A stretch of 64,000 nt of DNA, taken from assembly GCA_963816145.1 (NCBI GenBank), contig CAWFJP010000015.1:32001-96000 (forward strand), in the 5' to 3' direction. Made by a program: the position numbers and the translations under genes. This document shows, one piece after another, positions 45,584 to 54,871 of this stretch. The notes under the pieces are model-generated. The model made no database searches, had not been told where the DNA came from, and worked only from the letters and a program-made list of their open reading frames with translations. How positions within the stretch are numbered: the stretch's first letter is position 1; each line of letters opens with the position of its first letter. The DNA is from an uncultured delta proteobacterium. GTDB taxonomy: Bacteria; Desulfobacterota; Binatia; UBA9968.

Positions 45584-47158
45584 CTATTTCTTGGCTGCAT
45601 AGAAATAATCACCGCGCGCCACGGCCGCGGCGATTTCGTCGTCTCGAGCGGTCCACAGATCGAGGGGATAACCGTACCAGGGATCGCGCAGCTTGAGCTC
45701 GGGCATTTCCTCTTGGCGCCAAATCTCCAAAGCGCGCTCCATGAACTCCTTCTTGGGCAAACCCACCGGCGGATATTTACCCTTGCGCGTCGCGTCGATA
45801 AGCAGGCCCGAGCAGCCCACCGGCGGCGGAAAGAAACGCTCTTCAGGATTATTCATCAAAGCATACGCCGACGGATCGAGCAGCGGGCTTTTGCCAGTGA
45901 CGATCTGCGCGTCGCGATGAGGCTGGCAGGCAAAGCTGATCGCCCACATGACCATCTCCGGGTCCTTGGGATCGATATCTTCGTCGACCGTGATGATAAT
46001 CTTGTTGGTCGTGTCCATGCCGGAGGCCGCTTGAAGCGCCTGCTTGGGCTTGCTCGGATGGCTTTTCGCCATGCGAATCACCCACCAATTCCAACCACCG
46101 CCCATTTCCGGACAACAGATTTCCAAAACCTCGGGAATGTTGCAGCTATATTTGAGAAAGTTATAGAGCATCAGCTCGCGGCAGGTGCGCGAAATGCCGT
46201 TGGATTCGCTCGGCGGCAAGCCGACCAAGATACCCGTGAAGATGGCGTTGCGGCGGTGGGTGATCGCCGTGATATCGATGACCGGCCGCAATCCGCGCTC
46301 GGCCATTAGATACCCTGGGTAATCGCTGAACGGCTCGCCGCGCTCCATGGCATCGAGGGAAATTTCTCCCTCGATGACGATCTCCGCGTCCGCTGGAACT
46401 TCCAGCGGAATAGTCTTGCACGGCACCATATCGACGGGGCGCTGGCGAATGCCGCCGGCGACGGCGATCTCATCGACCCCGTAAGGCAGATTGGCGGCGG
46501 AAACGTAGACAATGTCGGGGAGACAGCCAAGCACGATCGCCACGGGCAAGGGCTTCTTTTGCCGCACGGCGGTCGGGTGGTGGTAAAGCATGGCGTGGTG
46601 CGTCTTGGCGATGCCCGCAATCAGCTTGTGATCGGCGCGAAAGTGGCCGCTGTACATGCCGACGTTGCGCACGCCGGACTCGGGATCTTTCGTGATGAAC
46701 GGCGCCGTCACGCGAATCGCGCAGCTAAAGCCCGGCTCCTCCACCGGCGACGGCAAACGAGTGACGGGAAACTCTTTCAACCTGCTTCCGCTGAACACCT
46801 CTTCTTGCACCGGCGCGGTCGTGACGATCGCCGGCTCGTGCATATGCGCCATCGCATGGCGCCACTTTTCGTAAATATCCATCGGATCATCACAACCCAA
46901 TCCCAGGGATGCGATGGGCCGCGAGGAGCCATAGACTCCCGTGGCGACTTTGATGTCGAATTGCTTGTCGTTGCCGTCGCGCACGTTCTCGTACAGGAAC
47001 GCTTGCCGCTTGCTGTCGTCGATGCCGCGGTATTGCAGCCGCATGAGCGGCATCAGCTCGGTATCTTTGTTAACCGGCCGGCTCCAACGATGCAGCTTGC
47101 CGCGTTTTTCCAGCTCGCCGATGTAGTCGCGAAAGTCTGCAAAATAGTCTTTCAGCAT
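45584..47158 (-). CDS. UbiD-family protein with non-canonical active-site motifs
   Basis: DFRDYIGELE, FLYENV, RNVGMYSG, EIVIEGEI, GEPFSDYPGY, TVDEDIDP, LLIDATRK. Confidence 0.88.
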   Translation of the reverse strand: MLKDYFADFRDYIGELEKRGKLHRWSRPVNKDTELMPLMRLQYRGIDDSKRQAFLYENVRDGNDKQFDIKVATGVYGSSRPIASLGLGCDDPMDIYEKWRHAMAHMHEPAIVTTAPVQEEVFSGSRLKEFPVTRLPSPVEEPGFSCAIRVTAPFITKDPESGVRNVGMYSGHFRADHKLIAGIAKTHHAMLYHHPTAVRQKKPLPVAIVLGCLPDIVYVSAANLPYGVDEIAVAGGIRQRPVDMVPCKTIPLEVPADAEIVIEGEISLDAMERGEPFSDYPGYLMAERGLRPVIDITAITHRRNAIFTGILVGLPPSESNGISRTCRELMLYNFLKYSCNIPEVLEICCPEMGGGWNWWVIRMAKSHPSKPKQALQAASGMDTTNKIIITVDEDIDPKDPEMVMWAISFACQPHRDAQIVTGKSPLLDPSAYALMNNPEERFFPPPVGCSGLLIDATRKGKYPPVGLPKKEFMERALEIWRQEEMPELKLRDPWYGYPLDLWTARDDEIAAAVARGDYFYAAKK

Positions 47159-47188
47159 TCTTTTATTGCCTCCGAGTCGCTGGTATTT

Positions 47189-47317
47189 CTAGCGCAGAAT
47201 CGCTTGCGCGAATCTGGCCGCCGGCTCGCCCACCTCGTCGAGCTTTTCTTCGGATTGATTTTCCACTTGCAAAAAATCCTGCACGCTCATTTGATCCGTG
47301 GCGGGGACGACACCATT
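47189..47317 (-). pseudogene. 3' remnant of a fifth AfuA-like binding-protein gene
   Basis: Own translation NGVVPATDQMSVQDFLQVENQSEEKLDEVGEPAARFAQAILR* matches paralog C-termini (GVIAAKD...ENQSEEKIKNIREPAAAVARKLL). Confidence 0.85.
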
Positions 47318-47421
47318 GCGTGCATCCGTTTGCTTACTGTCAGTCGAAATAAAATTGTCCGAATTCGCTTGAACACGAGAACATCCGAGAACGCCAACTA
47401 AGATTTAGTTGGAATAAGAAA

Positions 47422-47458
47422 CCTTTAAAAGTAAATATTACATATGTCAAGTAATATT
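47422..47458 (-). promoter_or_regulatory. Putative promoter/operator of the UbiD-cupin-XDH operon
   Basis: Minus-strand TTGACA (47450-47445) inside inverted repeat AATATTAC-N9-GTAATATT; weak -10 (TAAAGG at N17). Confidence 0.55.
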
Positions 47459-47600
47459 CCCGTGTTTTTTCAAGGACTAGGAAGCCACCGAAGGCTAAAC
47501 CAGAATATTCCGTCGAATACCTTAAGGGAGCGTTGCTGCGGCCCAGTTGGACTGTCGAATACCAGCCATTGCCGGGGTATCGCATTGCTGGGAAAGACAC

Positions 47601-47646
47601 AACCGCATTAGGCTATCGAGAGATTCGATAGCCTAATGCGGTTTTT
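47601..47646. terminator. Perfect 19-bp stem-loop, terminator-like
   Basis: aaccgcattaggctatcga-gagat-tcgatagcctaatgcggtt, 40 bp downstream of the TPP gene stop; T-run is on the + side. Confidence 0.7.
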
Positions 47647-47684
47647 GCTAAAAAAACGAAGGGACTACGAAACCTATGGGCGGG

Positions 47685-49544
47685 TTATTTCTTTCCCAAA
47701 CTCGCCCGTTGATCGGGCCCGCTATCGGCGTAACCCGGCTGCACCAGGGAATCGATAAAGTACCGTCCGCCCTTGGCAACGATGGCCGCGCCTTTCTTGA
47801 GCGCTTTCATTAAAGCGTCTGAAGTCGACACCGGCGCTTCACTGTCGAAGCCCTGCGCTCGCGCCATGGCGACCAGATCGACGCGCGGGTTATCGATCTG
47901 CTGGCCGATCCAACGATTTTGCGCCGGACGGCTGCGCATCTTTGCGACCCGTTCCTGATGCAACTCGTCGTTGAAATAAGACCGATTGTCCGCCACCACG
48001 ATCATCACCGGAATATTGAAATGGGACGCCGTCCACAAGGCATTCACACCCATGAGGTAATCACCATCGCCGAGGACGCCGATGGTCAATCGCCCGGAAT
48101 CTTTTAGCGCCAGCGCCGCGCCGATGGTATGTCCAGGTCCGGTGCCGACTGCGCCGCCGCCGTCGTTGCCCATAAACGACAGCGGCCCATCGAATTCATA
48201 GGCTTCGCCCGGCCAACCGATCGGCAGACGCGAGAAAGTCACGTCGCGCCGTTTGGCGAACTCGCGGACGGTCATCGCCATATCCCACATAGTCATCTCG
48301 CCCTTCGTCGAGAACTTCGCGAATTTAGTATCGTTCCAATGACTCAGCGACTTCATCTCGGCGCGCTGCTTCACCTTCGGCGCTCTCACGCCGCCCAGTT
48401 CATTGAGCAATTGCCCGACGAATTGATCCGGCTCGGCAAGAATGGGAACATCCACCGCAGGAAGCGCCTGATGATCCATGCTCCAACCATTGGTCCGGTA
48501 GTTATCGACGGAGCAGTGAATAATCGTTTTCGCTGCCGGCTCTTGCGTCTGCGCCTTGCCCAAGCTCAAACGCAGCACACCGGCGAGATCGAGCCAATCT
48601 AAACTGATGATCAAATCGGCCTTTTGGATCAAAGCTGTCGCTGCCTTGTTCGGGCGCACGCAAGGCGCGGCAAAATGAAGCGGGTGCGTCGTCGGAAACG
48701 CCGACGGATCGTTGCTGCTGGTCAACACCGCGGCGCCGATCGCTTCAGCGAAGCGCACGCGCCGATCCCAATCGGCTTGATCGCGCGACACGCGCCCGGC
48801 CAAGATCAACGGGAACTTCGCTTGCTCGATGGCCTTCAGCGCCTGCCGAATCGACGCAGGCGAAACCGCCGGCGTCGGGGCCGGCGCGAAGCGCGAGGCG
48901 TCAGGAATGATGATTTCGTCGCTAAGCCCCGACTCCTGCAAACCGGCATCGAGACAGATATAAACCGGTCCGCGCGGCGCCGTGCGGGTGATTTGATTGG
49001 CCCGCAGCACCGACTCGACCGCCGCCTGAGCCGAGGCCGGTTGATCGTCCCATTTGGTGTAATCGCGAATCAGCGCGCCTTGATCCTTGGATGTATGAAT
49101 CCAGTCGATCCACGGCCGGCGCAGATGCGCATCCACCGGACCGGTCGCGCCGAAAATAATCATCGGCGTGCGGTCGCACCAGGCGTTGAAGATCGGCATG
49201 GTCGCATGCAGCAGACCGACGTTGGCATGCAGTGCCACCGCCATCGGCGTCTCGGTCACTTTGCCGTAGCCGTCGGCGATCGACACCGCGTGTTCTTCAT
49301 GAAGGCAAATCACCATCTGCGGATTTTCATTGCCGAGATAGTTGACGATGCTGTCGTGAAAACCGCGGTAGCTCGCCCCCGGCACCAAGGCGATGTATTT
49401 AAGGTTGAGCCGACGCGTCGTTTCGGCGACCACGTCGCTGCCCCACTTCATTTGCGGCGTGCCTAGGCTTTCCGGCCGGTCGATGCTGCCGCGGCTTGAC
49501 TGACGCTTGTTCGCCTTGAGCGCCTTTTTTGTGGTTTTCATCAT
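47685..49544 (-). CDS. Thiamine pyrophosphate-dependent enzyme
   Basis: PGASYRGFHDS, CLHEEHAVSIADGY, GPVYICLD, GDGDYLMG...DNRSY. Confidence 0.92.
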   Translation of the reverse strand: MMKTTKKALKANKRQSSRGSIDRPESLGTPQMKWGSDVVAETTRRLNLKYIALVPGASYRGFHDSIVNYLGNENPQMVICLHEEHAVSIADGYGKVTETPMAVALHANVGLLHATMPIFNAWCDRTPMIIFGATGPVDAHLRRPWIDWIHTSKDQGALIRDYTKWDDQPASAQAAVESVLRANQITRTAPRGPVYICLDAGLQESGLSDEIIIPDASRFAPAPTPAVSPASIRQALKAIEQAKFPLILAGRVSRDQADWDRRVRFAEAIGAAVLTSSNDPSAFPTTHPLHFAAPCVRPNKAATALIQKADLIISLDWLDLAGVLRLSLGKAQTQEPAAKTIIHCSVDNYRTNGWSMDHQALPAVDVPILAEPDQFVGQLLNELGGVRAPKVKQRAEMKSLSHWNDTKFAKFSTKGEMTMWDMAMTVREFAKRRDVTFSRLPIGWPGEAYEFDGPLSFMGNDGGGAVGTGPGHTIGAALALKDSGRLTIGVLGDGDYLMGVNALWTASHFNIPVMIVVADNRSYFNDELHQERVAKMRSRPAQNRWIGQQIDNPRVDLVAMARAQGFDSEAPVSTSDALMKALKKGAAIVAKGGRYFIDSLVQPGYADSGPDQRASLGKK

Positions 49545-49681
49545 CTCTCCTTTATTTGTCGGGTCGTGTTAAATAGATTCCAGGCAACTGGCGCGGCATT
49601 GCCGCGCTGCGCAGCAGTTCGCCGGATATAACCGATAGGACAGTTATGGTCCAACCCTGCTGGCGTGAAGACAGTGGTTTC

Positions 49682-50614
49682 TCACGCCGTCTTAGCATAC
49701 TTGCCGGTGAGCTGGGGCGTAAACCCTTCCAAGCCTTTTTCCTGACGCTGCAAACGAGTTTCCCGCGCCCAGGTGCGTTTGAGATCGTCGCATATCTTAA
49801 TATGCAAGCGGCCGAGCGGTTCGGTTTCGATCTCGATGAGATCGCCGTCTTGAAACGGATTGAGGCCGCGGTGATTCGTACCCAGAGCTAAAATATCGCC
49901 CGGCTCCAGCGGATGGATCGAGCTGACCCATTCGATGCAGCGGGGAATTTTATGCGCCATGTCGCTCGTGTGGTAGTTCTGCATCAACACACCGTTGTTC
50001 CACAGCCGCACCTGAAGATTATGTGGATCTTGGATCTCGTCGGCAGTGACGATAAACGGTCCGGTGGGCGCGAAGGTCGCCCGCGACTTCATCTGGTAAA
50101 ACGTATTGCCTGCCGGCGGCAGACCGCGCGCCGAGCCGTCGATAAAATTCATGTAGCCGAAGACATAGTCCATCGCCTGCGCCGCCGGCACATTGTCGGC
50201 GCGCTTGCCGATCACCAAGGCCAGTTCAGCCTCGCCTTCGAAGATCGGCGCCGGCACGTCGGGCAGGACCATGGTATCGCCATCGCCGACGATCGCGTTG
50301 GGCGATTTGTGAAAAGCATTGATCGGCGCCGGCTCTTTGCGCGTGCCGTCTTCCATGTAATTTACCGCCATGCAGTCGATATTCACCGGCCGCGGCAACG
50401 GCGGACGAATACGCACGCTGCTTAGCGGCACACCGGTTCCCGCAGCCGTAGCCTTTTCAAGCGCGCCGCGATAGTCGGCGAAGCGTTCGAGCAAGCCGCT
50501 GATGAGATTATGCGGCCCGGTGTGCGGAATCTCTTTTGTCACCGCCGACACATCCACGACAGCATCGCCTTTGAGCACGCCGAGCTTGAAATCGTCGAAA
50601 AACAGAATTTTCAT
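49682..50614 (-). CDS. Fumarylacetoacetate hydrolase family protein
   Basis: CMAVNY, FHKSPNA, EGEAELALVIG, KSRATFAPTGP, LEPGDILALGT; GGAGG RBS. Confidence 0.93.
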   Translation of the reverse strand: MKILFFDDFKLGVLKGDAVVDVSAVTKEIPHTGPHNLISGLLERFADYRGALEKATAAGTGVPLSSVRIRPPLPRPVNIDCMAVNYMEDGTRKEPAPINAFHKSPNAIVGDGDTMVLPDVPAPIFEGEAELALVIGKRADNVPAAQAMDYVFGYMNFIDGSARGLPPAGNTFYQMKSRATFAPTGPFIVTADEIQDPHNLQVRLWNNGVLMQNYHTSDMAHKIPRCIEWVSSIHPLEPGDILALGTNHRGLNPFQDGDLIEIETEPLGRLHIKICDDLKRTWARETRLQRQEKGLEGFTPQLTGKYAKTA

Positions 50615-50710
50615 ACCTACTCCTCCAAAATCATCCCAAGAGATATAACCGAGATGCAGGCGCGACAACAAGCGGTAAAGAGATCTTTCGAGAACAGTGA
50701 CCGAAGCAGC

Positions 50711-51358
50711 TTACCAGCGATCCTGGCCCATTGCCCAGCGGTCCAGGCTCGCCAGATATTCACGGAATAGGACCATGCGCATGGCGACCGCCCGGCGCAC
50801 GCGGTCTTGGCGTTCTTCAGTCGTTGCATAGCGCTTGAGAAACAGCTGCGGCACACTGCCATGCCCCTCTTCATCTTCAGTAATCTTCCGATAGGGCTGC
50901 TTGATCCATTCGGGAACATCGGGTGAGCTAAGACATAGCTGAATCAGATGGTTGGCAACCGTCTCGCCCGCCAGCGACAATCCGGCGATCCGTTCGCAGG
51001 TCTCGTTCAAACCCTCCATAGCGTTGAACATAGCGATCTGCGCCGGTAGCGGTTTGTAGTCGAAAGGCTCACGGCCGCGGTCGCGGATGCGCTTGCTCAA
51101 GAGCTGCGCGTGAACCATCTCTTCATGCGCCGACTCGGCCATGGTCGCTTTGACGTCGAACTCTGGAGTGGTTTTGAGCCAGCTGCCAAAGAGATCGGCG
51201 GCGCGCAGCTCGTTGAATAACCGACTCTGCATCACCCGGATGCGTTGGTCATCGGTGCGCAGCGGCACGTAGGAGTACGCCGGCGGAATGCCATCGAGAA
51301 CACGGCAAAACTCCCGCACCGGCGCTAGGATCTCCTGCAAGAATTCGTCACTGTTCAT
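50711..51358 (-). CDS. Ferritin-like diiron-carboxylate protein
   Basis: NE ... EEMVH ... GE ... DEEGH four-helix diiron pattern. Confidence 0.8.
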   Translation of the reverse strand: MNSDEFLQEILAPVREFCRVLDGIPPAYSYVPLRTDDQRIRVMQSRLFNELRAADLFGSWLKTTPEFDVKATMAESAHEEMVHAQLLSKRIRDRGREPFDYKPLPAQIAMFNAMEGLNETCERIAGLSLAGETVANHLIQLCLSSPDVPEWIKQPYRKITEDEEGHGSVPQLFLKRYATTEERQDRVRRAVAMRMVLFREYLASLDRWAMGQDRW

Positions 51359-51381
51359 AGGCGACGCCGCTTAAAAGGGTC

Positions 51382-51426
51382 TTGAAACGCTTTGAACGAC
51401 TTGAACTATTGGAACGTTTGGAACCT
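51382..51426. repeat. Degenerate 9-bp tandem repeat x5
   Basis: ttgaaacgc tttgaacga cttgaacta ttggaacgt ttggaacct. Confidence 0.7.
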
Positions 51427-51437
51427 TGCTTCCGACC

Positions 51438-52151
51438 CTAGACCCGCCAACCCTTCTGTGAAATATCGATGCCATTGCCTTCGGGATCGTGAACGCGATA
51501 CTCGGCGAATGGGATGCGCTCGGGCCGTTTTGCGCCGCGGCGCACGCCCGCTCTTTCCGCCCGGGTCTGCATTTCCTCGTTGCTCTGCACATAAAAACCG
51601 AAATGGTTAAGGCCGATGGGCTCTTCCTTACGTTGATAGAGCAATGCCAGGTTAAGGTAGCCGTCCGAGACGAAAATCGACGATCGGTCGGTTCGTTCGA
51701 CTTCCTTCATGTCGAGAACTTTGCAGTAAAAATCGACCATCTTCTGCGGGTCGGGCGTGTACAAGGCGATGTGACGAATCGGCACCGGCCGCGCGGCATA
51801 GGCGACATCGAAGGCACGGCGCGAAACTCCGACTGTGTTGCCGTCCGGATCCTTCAACTCATGGTCGATGCCGGCGAGCGAGTTCACCTCGCAAACGTCG
51901 CTGTCCGCGATGCCGACCTGGGCGAGCTTTTTGCCCATCGATTCGACTCGAACGGTGTCGAAGCCGAGATGACGAAAACCGCGTTTCTTCGGGTCCGGTT
52001 CCGGGACCACTCCTAAATTGAAGATACCGTCGGAAAGAAACAAGGCACCCTGATTCTCATCGATCTTTTCGAGATCGAAAACCTCTTGGTAAAACTTTGC
52101 CAACCTTTCAGGATTTTCGGCGGCGATCATCAACTGACGCAACTGTGGCAT
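51438..52151 (-). CDS. Two-domain VOC/glyoxalase family protein
   Basis: Duplicated (RH/RQ)..A...P..L..FY..V...SDG..NL...G..HFGF...DP(D/E)GN. Confidence 0.88.
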   Translation of the reverse strand: MPQLRQLMIAAENPERLAKFYQEVFDLEKIDENQGALFLSDGIFNLGVVPEPDPKKRGFRHLGFDTVRVESMGKKLAQVGIADSDVCEVNSLAGIDHELKDPDGNTVGVSRRAFDVAYAARPVPIRHIALYTPDPQKMVDFYCKVLDMKEVERTDRSSIFVSDGYLNLALLYQRKEEPIGLNHFGFYVQSNEEMQTRAERAGVRRGAKRPERIPFAEYRVHDPEGNGIDISQKGWRV

Positions 52152-52207
52152 AACGATTTCGATCCTTTCGTGAAGCGGCTTGTTTTCACTATGCCACGGC
52201 CGGTCGA

Positions 52208-54730
52208 TCAATGCAGCAGTTGGCGGCTCCCGGAGGCCGAATCCGACCGGCCACCGGGCATCGCCATCGGTTTTAACGGCAAGCGCAAACTAAAGACACT
52301 GCCGACACCCACCTCGCTGGAGAGATGCAGCTCCCCTCCCATCGCCTTAGCGAGTTTCTTACAAAGGCCGAGACCGACCCCGGTGCCGCCATATTGGCGG
52401 GTCGACGAACCATCGAGCTGGCGGAAGTCCTCGAAAATCAAGTCCTGATCCTCGCGGCGAATGCCGATGCCGGTATCGGCGATGGCGATTTCCAAAATAT
52501 CGCCGGTACAATCTTCGAGGCGACGGATGCGCAACTCGATTTTTCCCTTCTCGGTGAATTTCAACGCGTTGGTCACAAGCTCCAGTAATATCTGCTGTAA
52601 CTTTTGCCCATCACTCTCGATGGTCTCGATCACCGGTTCCATCTGGATGCCGAATTGGATCGGCCTTTGGCGGATCAAGCGCTGGGTCATCGTCTCCAGA
52701 CCGTCGAGAATTTCTTTCAATTTGACGATCTCGACCTGCGCCGAAGAACTATCGGTCTCCATGCGCGAATAGTTCATCAAATTGTCCATCAAGTGCGCCA
52801 GCTCCTGGCCGTTGTTCACCAGCCGGTCAAGAATCTCCCTGCCGCCGCCATTGACATCCGTATCGCGCAGCACTTCGCTGAAACCTATGATAGTGCTCAC
52901 CGGGGTGCGCAACTCATGGCAAATGTTGGCGACGAAATCCTTCTTGACGCGGTCCATTTCAATCAATTTACGGTTGGTGGCCTCGACCCGTTCACGCGCA
53001 TCCACCGACTCTTGATAGAGCCGGCCATTTTCCAAAGAGAGTGCCAACTGATCGGTCAAAGTGCGCAAGAGGCGGAAGTCTTCGGCGCCGTATTCGCCGC
53101 CGGACCATTTGCTGCCGAAACAAACGAACCCCCGTACCGCCCGTTCATAGACCAGCGGCATCAACAGTTCTGCTTGCCAGCGGTCAAAGATCTCCAGCAG
53201 CGCCACGCGCTTCTTGGCGTAACGCGGGTGGTTGGAAATCTCGCTGCGGCTCATGCCGCGCGCGACGGCCGCGGTCAAAACACCGGCCATGTAATCACTG
53301 TCCGTCGCCAGCTTCGCCTCATCTGGTGACGATTTTTGATCAAAGGCATAAACTATCTGAGCGGAATTCTTGGGTCGATAAACCAGCAACGCGCTGTCGA
53401 TTCGTAACGGCTTACACACACGTTCGACAAATCCTTGCGCCAGCGCCGGCGCCGCGTCCAAACTACGAAGAAACAGGCTGGTCTCTTCCTCCACCTGCGC
53501 TGGATCGTAATCCAGCCGATAGACAAAGCGGTCAACGGCGTGCTCGAGCCAACGCAGCAAGGGATTGAAAATCGCCACGACCAAAATCGAAAACAGAATT
53601 GGAATCAACGGCTCGTTGGCGTACTGACCGGCCCATGGGGCGAGCATTAAGGCAACCACGGCGTAGACGCCGATCAACATGCCCATCAGGGCGATTCGGC
53701 TGACCGTAACCCGCAAGGCATTACCGAGATCGAAAAGGCTGTATTTGAGCAACGCGTAGGCGATCGAGATGGGGAAAAAAATTGCCGGCACCAAAGCCAG
53801 ATTGTACGGAATGGACAGTCGAAATGAGCTCGTCAGCACGGTCATCAAACCTGGCACCAGGAATCCCAGGAGCGCACCGACAAACATCACCCGCAAACGC
53901 GAGCGTTCGAGATCCGAGGTACTTTGCCGCAGGGCTCTTCCAATGATCCAAAGAAAACTCAGCGCGCCGATGCATATATAAACATAGCCGGCACGAAAAT
54001 GTTCAATCCAGGTTTCCAGGGGACCGAAAAACGTTAGGCTGTTCATCGCTCCCATGGCCAAACCGATACCGTAAAGGATCGCCACGAAACGGGGTCGCAG
54101 CATCGGTTCCGCCTCGGAACGGCTCAACATCAAGGCCAAATGAATTGCCGCACTGGGAGTCAACGTTAGGGCGAAGATGCGCAATTCCTTGGGCAACACC
54201 GCTTCGGTCATGAAATCGAAGGTCGTCTGAAACCAGACGAACACGGTTAGCACCATAAAGCACAGCGGCAAGGCGACTGGAGTCGCCGCACGAAACAGGT
54301 ATGGTGCGACCCCCATGACCAAAAACGCCACACCAATTGCAACATAGACACCGAAACTGAGAAGCCAATCGCGCAGACCGAAAATCATCGTCGGCACTAC
54401 CAATTCCAGTCGTTGGCCGTCACGAACGATCTCGTAGCGCAGCGGCGTGCCCACCGGCACGCCGCGCACCGCCGCGTAAAGCTCAACGCGTCCACTAAGA
54501 GGCCGTCCGCCTATGGCGACGACATAGTCCAACGACTCCAGCCCCGCGACAGCACCGGACCAGCCCGGCAATGAGTAGGGCCCCACCGTCAAGTTTTCGT
54601 GGACGAAAAAACCCGGGAAAGGTCGGCCGATCCAGCGCCCTGAGGAGATAATCGATTCACCGATAAGCAGAGCACCGAACACGCCGCTAAGAAGAAGCAG
54701 TACCCATCTTTGCCAGCTCTGCCGATACAT
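52208..54730 (-). CDS. Membrane sensor histidine kinase (PDZ + multi-TM + GAF-like + HisKA/HATPase)
   Basis: AGLESLD.VVAIGG (PDZ-like), many TM helices, HELRTP, NALKFT, DTGIGI, GTGVGL. Confidence 0.92.
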   Translation of the reverse strand: MYRQSWQRWVLLLLSGVFGALLIGESIISSGRWIGRPFPGFFVHENLTVGPYSLPGWSGAVAGLESLDYVVAIGGRPLSGRVELYAAVRGVPVGTPLRYEIVRDGQRLELVVPTMIFGLRDWLLSFGVYVAIGVAFLVMGVAPYLFRAATPVALPLCFMVLTVFVWFQTTFDFMTEAVLPKELRIFALTLTPSAAIHLALMLSRSEAEPMLRPRFVAILYGIGLAMGAMNSLTFFGPLETWIEHFRAGYVYICIGALSFLWIIGRALRQSTSDLERSRLRVMFVGALLGFLVPGLMTVLTSSFRLSIPYNLALVPAIFFPISIAYALLKYSLFDLGNALRVTVSRIALMGMLIGVYAVVALMLAPWAGQYANEPLIPILFSILVVAIFNPLLRWLEHAVDRFVYRLDYDPAQVEEETSLFLRSLDAAPALAQGFVERVCKPLRIDSALLVYRPKNSAQIVYAFDQKSSPDEAKLATDSDYMAGVLTAAVARGMSRSEISNHPRYAKKRVALLEIFDRWQAELLMPLVYERAVRGFVCFGSKWSGGEYGAEDFRLLRTLTDQLALSLENGRLYQESVDARERVEATNRKLIEMDRVKKDFVANICHELRTPVSTIIGFSEVLRDTDVNGGGREILDRLVNNGQELAHLMDNLMNYSRMETDSSSAQVEIVKLKEILDGLETMTQRLIRQRPIQFGIQMEPVIETIESDGQKLQQILLELVTNALKFTEKGKIELRIRRLEDCTGDILEIAIADTGIGIRREDQDLIFEDFRQLDGSSTRQYGGTGVGLGLCKKLAKAMGGELHLSSEVGVGSVFSLRLPLKPMAMPGGRSDSASGSRQLLH

Positions 54731-54871
54731 GGCACCCCCTAATGGTTGCAATCGTCAGGAGCCTTCGATTTATCAAACGGGTTCGATTACTGTCAAGGAA
54801 TTGCTCGAGGCCAGCAACCGCATAGCCCTCGATCAGCAATACGATCAGCGTCGAGAGCGACGAGCAGGCCT

